Positions 38,098 through 45,135 of a stretch of DNA of 45,135 nucleotides are shown piece by piece (the stretch's first letter is position 1; every line of letters starts with the position of its first letter). A program made the translations under genes and the position numbers. Below the pieces are notes generated by a model that saw only the letters and a list, made by a program, of their open reading frames with translations, ran no database searches and was not told the origin of the DNA. Origin of the DNA: a virus (taxonomy: Duplodnaviria; Heunggongvirae; Uroviricota; Caudoviricetes); the IMG/VR virus record IMGVR_UViG_3300029549_000273; one strand, written 5' to 3'.

Positions 38098-38616
38098 TCA
38101 GAATTCCGCTTCGCATTCCTGAATGTTGTCCAGAACAGCTTTGACAGGGCAATCCAGACACGCGGTCTCAAAGTCCTTCAAAGTCACTGTGCCGTCCTCA
38201 GAGACGGAGGCATGGTCGCACTGAGCGCAGAAATTCCAGCAATCCTGCTGCGTCAGAGATGGCTCTCCAAGCAGCTCATACCAGGGGCGCGTATCAGGCG
38301 TTACATGGAACTTTGCCAGCGGGCAAACCGTTTCTGTCCCAATAAAGGGGCCGAGCTTGTCCTTGGACGGCTTATTGCTATGCCCACAATCGTAGGCACA
38401 GTAACACTGGCCACGGCCGCAAATGAGCTGAGCAATCAACTCGCGGTCTTTGAACTCCTCCACAGAGCAGTTCTTGATGAGCCATCCGTACTTGTCGGAC
38501 AGGGCGTCAACCGCCGCATCCGCATCGTCGGCACCGTCAACGATTTCCTCGGTAGGAAGAGAAACTTCCTCCCCATCCGTCTCCCAGTCGATGCTGGTTA
38601 TCATGAATTTTGCCAT
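38098..38616 (-). CDS. acidic Cys-rich hypothetical protein
   Basis: first gene after E11. Confidence 0.65.
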   Translation of the reverse strand: MAKFMITSIDWETDGEEVSLPTEEIVDGADDADAAVDALSDKYGWLIKNCSVEEFKDRELIAQLICGRGQCYCAYDCGHSNKPSKDKLGPFIGTETVCPLAKFHVTPDTRPWYELLGEPSLTQQDCWNFCAQCDHASVSEDGTVTLKDFETACLDCPVKAVLDNIQECEAEF

Positions 38617-38655
38617 TTCAAGTATTCTCCTTTCAGTTTTTTGACTGTTTTTTTA

Positions 38656-38789
38656 TATATAAAAGTCAGCATCCCTAACGGACGCTGACTGAACATTCTT
38701 TATGTTTGTGATACTTCCTTTGTATGGTCTGAGCATACCAGAAGATATGCAAAGCGTGAAATTTCCCGTCGCAGGAACCTAAGAACCTT
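38656..38789 (-). promoter_or_regulatory. conserved regulatory module E11
   Basis: GGAACCTA AGAACCTT from 38774; -10 38732-38737; 36-nt gap. Confidence 0.85.
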
Positions 38790-38845
38790 AAAGCTAAACA
38801 ACGCCACCGACCGCGTATTGCAGTCGGTAGCGTTGCTTGCGTACT

Positions 38846-39307
38846 TCAGATTTCCCAAAAACCTGCGGTGTCCTTCAACTCGTCGGCGAGGTATTCTCTC
38901 AAAGCCTCGCGGACTATTGCCGACAGTTCGCCGGAGCCGCCCTTGCGTTTCTCACGGATACCGCGCTCCTCCAGCGCGAGAATCAGGTCTCCACTCATGA
39001 AGTACGAGCGTTTTACCAGTTCATCCGGCTTTTTGGAGTCGTAGCGGTATGGCTGAGAAATAGCACGGGTCAGCTTGCGACGCGGCTTTTCTTCCAAGCC
39101 AATCGCTTCCATAGAAGGAGGGATTTTGGACGGCTTCTGTGCGACACTGGGCAACTTCGTACTTGCCTTCGGCTCTTCCTGTGTTTCAGCCTCCAGTCTT
39201 TTCTCAGACTCCTTTTCCGGTTTCTGCTCCTCCGCTGCTTCCTGCGGCCCGCCGAACAGGCTCGCGTACATTTTGTTCGTATCGAGACTTCCGAGCTTCT
39301 TTGCCAT
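38846..39307 (-). CDS. ParA partner: disordered N-terminus plus C-terminal ribbon-helix-helix (type Ib centromere-binding protein)
   Basis: KRSYFM beta strand, LILALEE, LSAIVREALREYL; directly downstream of parA. Confidence 0.7.
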   Translation of the reverse strand: MAKKLGSLDTNKMYASLFGGPQEAAEEQKPEKESEKRLEAETQEEPKASTKLPSVAQKPSKIPPSMEAIGLEEKPRRKLTRAISQPYRYDSKKPDELVKRSYFMSGDLILALEERGIREKRKGGSGELSAIVREALREYLADELKDTAGFWEI

Positions 39308-39308
39308 A

Positions 39309-40073
39309 TCAGATACCCTCCTTTGCGATTTCGTCTGCCAGTGCCATATAATCCATAGCAACCGTGCTGTCCGGTGCAGCCGTCAGCAAGTCCAGTTCAC
39401 GGCTCTTGGTCTCTTTTACGATAACTGCCGAGCGAATGAAGGTGTTGAACACCTTAGTGTCCAGCGCATTTGCTGCCTGCATCGCAACTTTCATCATGTC
39501 CTTGCTGTTATTCTGGCGCGGGTCGAACTTGGTGAACAGGATGCCGAGGATTTTCGGGTCCACGTTGCAATACTGCCTTGCCTGCTGAATCGTGTTGCCG
39601 AGCTGGGCGATACCGCTGATGGCGTCGGAATCCGCATCCGTGGGAATTAGAATGTAGTCGGCGGCCACAATCGCGTTGGTTGTCAGGATGCCGAGGGAAG
39701 GCGGCGTGTCAATGAGTACATAGTCATAAACGTCCCGCACAGCGCTGTCCTTGAGTGCGTTTTTCAGGCGGAAGCTACGACCAATCTCAGATACCAGCTC
39801 CCCTTCCAGACCGGCCAGCAGAATATTGGTGGGTAAGATATCAAAGCGGTCGAAGTGCTGGATAGCATCCTGAATGGCGATGTCCCCTCTGAGGACGCTA
39901 TAGACGCCCCTGCCGTTATCCTCCGCACCGACCTGCTTGCTGAGATTGCCCTGCGGGTCCATATCGACCGCAAGAACTTTGTTCCCGCGCTTTGTCAGCG
40001 CGGAAGCCATGATTGCGGTGGTCGCTGTCTTTGCGACGCCGCCCTTCTGATTTGCAATGCAGATAACCTTCAT
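39309..40073 (-). CDS. parA: ParA/Soj family partition ATPase (no N-terminal HTH, type Ib)
   Basis: NQKGGVAKT, DMDPQGN, IDTPP. Confidence 0.92.
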   Translation of the reverse strand: MKVICIANQKGGVAKTATTAIMASALTKRGNKVLAVDMDPQGNLSKQVGAEDNGRGVYSVLRGDIAIQDAIQHFDRFDILPTNILLAGLEGELVSEIGRSFRLKNALKDSAVRDVYDYVLIDTPPSLGILTTNAIVAADYILIPTDADSDAISGIAQLGNTIQQARQYCNVDPKILGILFTKFDPRQNNSKDMMKVAMQAANALDTKVFNTFIRSAVIVKETKSRELDLLTAAPDSTVAMDYMALADEIAKEGI

Positions 40074-40134
40074 CGGTTTTTCTCCTCTCATATATTAGTT
40101 TCAGCGAACTTCGCTTGGCTTCCTTTATGACGTT

Positions 40135-40204
40135 ATTATACCACACAACAGCTTGATTGTCAATAAGAACTCAAGAGTAAAAGAATGTGGGTTCTCAGGT
40201 TCCA
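40135..40204 (-). promoter_or_regulatory. parA promoter with adjacent 8-bp box array
   Basis: TTGACA-17nt-TATAAT; AAGAACTC AAGAGTAA AAGAATGT then inverted GGGTTCTC AGGTTCCA at 40165-40204. Confidence 0.75.
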
Positions 40205-41268
40205 TCCGTACTTGTTGCAAATGCCGAAACAGCGAGCTTTTCGCCGTCGCTGGTAATGCGGATGGTTCCAAGCTCGTCCGTGCGGTAGACCTTGATGCCG
40301 TGCTGGCTGAGACGCTGCAAGGTTGAGGTTGCCGGATGATGGTACATTTCGCCCATATCGCTTTCGGAATCCACGCTAATGACCGCGATTTCTGGTGCCA
40401 CGGCATCAAGAAAGGAATCTGCCGTGGAACTTGCGGAGCCGTGATGGCCCACCTTCAGGACGTCGCTCTTGAGGTCGTAGCCACTCATTTCGAGGCCCTG
40501 CTCCGTGTTCATCGTCGCATCGCCGGTGAAGAGGAAAGATGTATTGCCGTAGGTGAGCTTAATGACGATGGAGGATTCGTTTAGGTCGGACACATCCGTA
40601 TCGCATGAAAGAATCTGCCATGTGGCATCTCCCAGCGTATATGTCTCCCCCGCCTTCGGTGTCAGCTGCTCGGCGGAGCTGCTGTCTGCGGCCTCCACTA
40701 CAGAGCGGTAGGTTGCGGTCGTTCCCTCCTCCTCGGAGAGCATAATGTAATCGACTTCGGAGCTGTACGCGGTAATAACGTCATCCATACCTCCGATGTG
40801 GTCCTCGTGGTTATGGGTGCCAATCACATAGTCCAGATGGTCGATGCCAAGGCTCTTAATGTAATTGGTCAGTGGTTTTCCATCCGGATTGTTGCCGGCG
40901 TCTATGAGCATGGCGTTTTCATCGTTGTAAATGAGTATTGCATCCGCCTGTCCAACATCTATGAATTCCACATTGAGTGTGCCAGAGACCTGCGTCCGTG
41001 TACCCTGTACCGCCGCGTTGTCCTGACTTGACGTCTGCGTATCGCCGGTGTTCTTATCGCCCTTCCATAGCCCTTGAGGGCCATCCAGTGGACTTGCGAT
41101 GTACTCGATAGCGTCTATCCATGACTCCGGGACAATCCCGACGCCGTAGCCTACGGACATCAGAATAAAGAAGACTGCGAGGAAGGACGCAATTTTCTTC
41201 ACAAGGCTGCCCTTTTTATGCTTTTTGCTACTCATGATTTCGTGAGGATACTTGTTGGAGTATCCCAT
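40195..41268 (-). CDS. membrane-anchored ComEC/Rec2-like metallo-beta-lactamase-fold nuclease
   Basis: DVGQAD, THNHEDHIGG, FTGD, KVGHHGS, YRTDELG; N-terminal TM. Confidence 0.88.
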   Translation of the reverse strand: MGYSNKYPHEIMSSKKHKKGSLVKKIASFLAVFFILMSVGYGVGIVPESWIDAIEYIASPLDGPQGLWKGDKNTGDTQTSSQDNAAVQGTRTQVSGTLNVEFIDVGQADAILIYNDENAMLIDAGNNPDGKPLTNYIKSLGIDHLDYVIGTHNHEDHIGGMDDVITAYSSEVDYIMLSEEEGTTATYRSVVEAADSSSAEQLTPKAGETYTLGDATWQILSCDTDVSDLNESSIVIKLTYGNTSFLFTGDATMNTEQGLEMSGYDLKSDVLKVGHHGSASSTADSFLDAVAPEIAVISVDSESDMGEMYHHPATSTLQRLSQHGIKVYRTDELGTIRITSDGEKLAVSAFATSTDGT

Positions 41269-41346
41269 CTCCTTTCAAGAAAATGAAAATTTGGCGTTTT
41301 GAAATTTGTACGCTATACTTGGGAAAATGGCAAAGGAGGTTTTCCC

Positions 41347-41607
41347 ATGACGGAATTATTTGATGCTGCCAAAACTTTTTTATCAAGCCTGAGTACAGAC
41401 CAGCTGGTAGCTCTGTTTATTGGGGTGATGGCGCTGTCCTGCGCCGTCAAGTTCTTAAAGGATACGCTCTCCACCATCGTGAGCATCCTTGGCGTACTGT
41501 TTATTCTCTATTTCTTCGCTCCCGGTCTTTATGCTGACCTGATTGTGATGCTCATGCAGGCACTCCGCTGGCTTGGTAGTCTTTTTGCAGGGCTTTCGAG
41601 CCATTGA
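41347..41607 (+). CDS. small membrane protein
   Basis: AAGGAGG RBS, hydrophobic, terminator at 41612-41646. Confidence 0.65.
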   Translation: MTELFDAAKTFLSSLSTDQLVALFIGVMALSCAVKFLKDTLSTIVSILGVLFILYFFAPGLYADLIVMLMQALRWLGSLFAGLSSH

Positions 41608-41660
41608 CCTCAAAGATGCTCCCGGACAACCGGGAGCATCTTTTTTGCCCTTGTTCCGCA

Positions 41661-42422
41661 TCACATTTTCTGCTCCAGCTCGAAGTAAATGCCATCGCAG
41701 TACATGAGCGGTAGTTTCGGGCTGGTGAAGCCGTAAAGTCCGCAGGCGATGAAGTTATGCACCTCGATGACAGCCGTTTGGCCATTCCGCAGCACGGCTA
41801 CATCGAGCGTGTATGCTTTCGGAGTATTGGTGAAGGCTTCAACCATCTTCTCTACGGTGGTCCTGTCAGGCATTTGCCACGGGTCGCCGGAATAATTTTT
41901 AAGGTCGAGAATGTTGCCTCGATGAACAAATATGCGCCACTCTGAAACGATGTCGATAGTTTGTGAAACGAAGTAGTCTGTATCGTCCGGCAGCTTCTGT
42001 CCTGCGTGGTAGATGCCGGCATAGTCACACTTCACGACGGATGCGCTTTTAATGAATGCTTTGCCAAGGTCGGCGAGGGCGCTTTCGGCCTGCTGCTTCC
42101 CATGCGTAACCTGTACCCACCTGTGGGCGAATGGCCTCAGCGGCTCTGGGATGAAAAGCGGAGTCAGCCCGCGTTCAATGCCATACCACCGTCTCAGACC
42201 ACTCTCAACAAATTCAATGGAGCCGACCGGAATTAGCTGCTCTCCATCCTGGAAGATGTTCGCACAGGAACTTGAGAGCATCGCGGCAATGGGGTCCTCC
42301 GGGTGCAGCCAGTTATGTTCGTCGATAACCTCAAGCAACACCGCCGAGTCCGGGGACGGCAGCGAAAAGCCTGAGTTGTCGTGAGGAAGTGTCTGGATAC
42401 AGAAGGTCACATTATTCACCAC
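41661..42422 (-). CDS. ATP-grasp domain protein (DUF4343/R2K-like)
   Basis: FIKS, EWRIFV, YTLDVAV, VIEVH; GTG start after GGAGG. Confidence 0.75.
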   Translation of the reverse strand: MVNNVTFCIQTLPHDNSGFSLPSPDSAVLLEVIDEHNWLHPEDPIAAMLSSSCANIFQDGEQLIPVGSIEFVESGLRRWYGIERGLTPLFIPEPLRPFAHRWVQVTHGKQQAESALADLGKAFIKSASVVKCDYAGIYHAGQKLPDDTDYFVSQTIDIVSEWRIFVHRGNILDLKNYSGDPWQMPDRTTVEKMVEAFTNTPKAYTLDVAVLRNGQTAVIEVHNFIACGLYGFTSPKLPLMYCDGIYFELEQKM

Positions 42423-44418
42423 TTTCGTCCTCCTGTTCGGCCAGCACCTTCGTGAGGAGGGGACACTTCTTCCGGTCGTCCAGAATCCGCTTGGCAAGAG
42501 TTAGCGCATACTTGTATTTATCCGGATATGCCAGCATCAATGCCATGTATTTGTTTTCGCCGCTTTGCCTGGTTCCAAGAAAGTCTCCCGCTCCACGGAT
42601 TTTCAGGTCTTCCTCCGCGATTTCAAAGCCGTTGGTGGTTCGAACCATTGCACCAAGCCGTTGCATCGCTTTTTCCGACTGGTCATTGCTTTGCAGCACA
42701 CAATAGGATTGCAGGCTGCTTCTGCCGACACGTCCGCGAAGCTGGTGCAGGGAGGAAAGGCCGAACCGCTCGGCGTTTGTGATAATCATTGCGGTGGCAT
42801 TCGGTACATTGACACCGACCTCAATGACTGTCGTTGCAATAAGAACATCAATCGCTCCGTCCTTGAATTTCTGAATCGTTTCCTCTGTTGTTTCCTTGCT
42901 GTCTCTGCCAGTCAGCGTGGCAATGCGGACACCGTATGGCTTCAGCCATTTCTCGTATTCCCTGCTAACTTCTTCCACGGAAAGAACTCCGGCCATATCT
43001 TCACTGGAGTCAATCATCGGCGAAACCACATAGCATTGGTGGCCTTTTCTTTTCTGACTCAGAACAAATCGCATGATTCGTTCTTCGTCCGTGGCGATAC
43101 CGGTAACAACCGGCTTCCTCCCTGCTGGCATCGTCTGGATGGTGTAGAGGTCGATTGCGGAGCCATAAATGACCTGCGCCAGCGTCCGGGGGATGGGGGT
43201 GGCACTCATGGTGATGCTGTGAACGCCCGCCGCCGCCTTTTCGACCAGAGCCGCCCGCTGCGCAACACCGAATTTGTGTTCCTCGTCCGTAACCGTGATA
43301 CCAAGGTTCTTATATTCAACGCTCTTTCCGATAACGGAATGCGTACCGACGATGATATTTGCCTCACCGCTCGCAATGGACGCCAGAACAGCCTTCTTCT
43401 CCTTCACTTTCATGTTGGAACCGAGATACGCGATGTGGAAGCCTACCGGCTCCAGAATTGCGCATAGGTCGGCATAGTGCTGTTTGGCAAGGACTTGCGT
43501 GGGAGCCATCAGGACTGCCTGATACCCATTCTCCGCAAGCACAGCCATCATCAGTATGGCAACGATGGTCTTGCCACATCCGACATCGCCCTGGACCAGC
43601 GCATTCAGGCGCTTTCCCTCCCGTACCTTCTGAATCATGGAATTCACGGTATCCTTCTGGTCCTTCGTGAGCTGATATGGCAGGTTTTCCGTGATTTCCT
43701 TTATGGTGCCAAGCGTTTTAATATTGAAGGGGCTGCCAATACTGGAGCTTCTGGCCGCGTATTCATTACTCATGGCGAAGTACACCATATCGTCCAGAAG
43801 AAGACGGTCATGGGCCTTTTCTATCTGCGCCATGCTCTGCGGGAAATGGACAGAGTACAAAGCCTCCCGCATAAGCAGCAGCTTCTCGTCCGCAACCATG
43901 TCCGGAGGCAGCGTCTCTCCCAGCGCCTCTGGCATACTGACTGCTGCTTCCATTTTTGCAGACAAGTAGTCCATGCTCATGCCGGGAATTTTGCTGTAAA
44001 CTGGGATAATACGCTTTCCGATGCTGATACGAGGCTCAAACATTTCCGGCGAGGTCGCCGAGTAATTGTCATATTCTGCGCTATATTCGAGTTTTGCGCA
44101 CAAATAGACCTTATGTCCAACGAACTCTTCGTACTTTGCCGCGAGATAGTTTTGATGGAACCATTTGACGAAGATACGCTTTCCGTCTTCCGTTTCGCAA
44201 AACACAATCATCAACGGCTTTCCGTTGTTGTAGGTACAGACTTTATTGACCGTTACAATAAGACAGGAGATTTGGTCCTCCGGCAAGATTCCAGTCTCTC
44301 TGCTGAAATCGTTGTATTTTCGCGGAAGGTAGCGTACCATGTCCTCAACAGAGAAAATACCTTTCCCGTTGAACTGCTTTTCCTTCTGCGGGGTGATACC
44401 GATAGCCGACAATTTCAC
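42412..44418 (-). CDS. recG: RecG-like ATP-dependent DNA helicase
   Basis: QGDVGCGKT, DEEH, SATPIPRT, QLRGRVGR, GFEIAEEDLKIRG; GTG start after GGAGG. Confidence 0.9.
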   Translation of the reverse strand: MKLSAIGITPQKEKQFNGKGIFSVEDMVRYLPRKYNDFSRETGILPEDQISCLIVTVNKVCTYNNGKPLMIVFCETEDGKRIFVKWFHQNYLAAKYEEFVGHKVYLCAKLEYSAEYDNYSATSPEMFEPRISIGKRIIPVYSKIPGMSMDYLSAKMEAAVSMPEALGETLPPDMVADEKLLLMREALYSVHFPQSMAQIEKAHDRLLLDDMVYFAMSNEYAARSSSIGSPFNIKTLGTIKEITENLPYQLTKDQKDTVNSMIQKVREGKRLNALVQGDVGCGKTIVAILMMAVLAENGYQAVLMAPTQVLAKQHYADLCAILEPVGFHIAYLGSNMKVKEKKAVLASIASGEANIIVGTHSVIGKSVEYKNLGITVTDEEHKFGVAQRAALVEKAAAGVHSITMSATPIPRTLAQVIYGSAIDLYTIQTMPAGRKPVVTGIATDEERIMRFVLSQKRKGHQCYVVSPMIDSSEDMAGVLSVEEVSREYEKWLKPYGVRIATLTGRDSKETTEETIQKFKDGAIDVLIATTVIEVGVNVPNATAMIITNAERFGLSSLHQLRGRVGRSSLQSYCVLQSNDQSEKAMQRLGAMVRTTNGFEIAEEDLKIRGAGDFLGTRQSGENKYMALMLAYPDKYKYALTLAKRILDDRKKCPLLTKVLAEQEDESGE

Positions 44419-44443
44419 GATTTGCCCCCTCCTTTCAAATAAA

Positions 44444-45135
44444 TCAAATATGCGCCCGGATATCATCTGCCAGAAACTGTACGGTTGTTTCCCCACGGAA
44501 GGTATTCTCTCCGAGACTGCCAACAGCGTCGATGACCTCCGGACTCCCCATGCTGCGGAACGCTTCCGCCATGTTGAATGCCACCACGTTTCCATTCCTT
44601 CCGGACAACTTGATGTGCGTTTTATTCGTGCCCATCTCCAGCATACCGAGCGCCTGAAATCCTCTCACCATACACACGGGTTTTGGGACACTCTGTCCGA
44701 ACGGTTGGTACTTCTTGAGCGTCTGAACTGCCGCTCCAAAATCCTTGGACTGGAGCACAATGTCATAGCGGATATACTCGCCCGCCTGTTCAATACCGGT
44801 GCAGTAATCCCTCGCACGTTTTCTGAACTCGGAGACCTTATCGGGCATCAAAGATAAGCCCGCAGCACCCACATGGCCGCCGTATGTGATAAGCAGGTCA
44901 GAAAGGGTGTCCAGCATAGCCTTCATGTCAAAATCTCCGTAGGACCGCCCCGACCCTTTTGCAATGCCATCTTCCGTTTCGACCAGAACAATGGTTGGAA
45001 CATGATACTGATTTGCCAGCTTGCCAGCAACCAGACCAACGATGCCCTCCGGCATTTTCTTTGCGAATGCAACGAGTGGCGCGGACAGTTTCTCCTGCGT
45101 GTCAATCGCGGCGCGGATTTTGCCCATCCACTCCT
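44444..45135 (-). CDS. recJ: RecJ-like ssDNA exonuclease, C-terminal DHHA1 part (5' end outside window)
   Basis: GIVGLVAGKL, GSGRS, GGHVGAAG, QPFG, HIK. Confidence 0.82.
   Translation of the reverse strand, partial: EWMGKIRAAIDTQEKLSAPLVAFAKKMPEGIVGLVAGKLANQYHVPTIVLVETEDGIAKGSGRSYGDFDMKAMLDTLSDLLITYGGHVGAAGLSLMPDKVSEFRKRARDYCTGIEQAGEYIRYDIVLQSKDFGAAVQTLKKYQPFGQSVPKPVCMVRGFQALGMLEMGTNKTHIKLSGRNGNVVAFNMAEAFRSMGSPEVIDAVGSLGENTFRGETTVQFLADDIRAHI

Noticed and set aside
2761..38789. CRISPR array or integron attC interpretation of the repeats
   Set aside because: Copies are kilobases apart, contain promoter and RBS parts, and no cas or integrase gene is in the window
33845..44442. Long plus-strand ORFs (285, 332, 270, 246, 300, 321 aa)
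   Set aside because: Antisense to well-supported minus-strand genes
1..45135. Prophage or conjugation module call
   Set aside because: No structural, terminase, integrase, relaxase or T4SS gene is recognisable in the window

Overview
A 45 kb, roughly 50% GC segment that looks like part of a large Firmicutes (probably Clostridia/Oscillospiraceae-type) mobile element: a megaplasmid, ICE or phage-plasmid. No capsid, terminase, relaxase or T4SS gene is visible, so the element class cannot be fixed. Almost all genes lie on the minus strand. Recognisable genes: Rpn nuclease, HAD 5'-nucleotidase, orphan C5 DNA methyltransferase, guanylate kinase-like protein, HU, a pseudokinase-TM-Ig protein, an intact group IIA intron (19082-21632), a sortase operon, NrdD, an ADP-ribosyltransferase/HD fusion, an SLH-transglutaminase, type Ib ParA plus a ribbon-helix-helix (RHH) partner, ComEC-like MBL, ATP-grasp, RecG and partial RecJ. 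The most striking feature is non-coding: nine full and two degenerate copies of a ~130-165 bp regulatory module, each heading a cassette of mostly small unknown genes. Read 5'->3' on the minus strand, each copy has phased 8-bp boxes (RGAACCTR on the + strand) sitting 35-36 nt upstream of a -10 hexamer with no -35 in the copies checked. A leader follows with an AUAC-N7-GUAU hairpin, then a covarying terminator-like hairpin with a U-tract, then the RBS. The same 8-mers form arrays at the parA promoter and beside a chromosomal-type parS. This suggests an element-wide regulon under two controls, an activator and attenuation, possibly run by the partition RHH protein. A second class of canonical sigma-A promoters drives the housekeeping-like genes. 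All product calls come from motif recognition by eye; no database searches were run.
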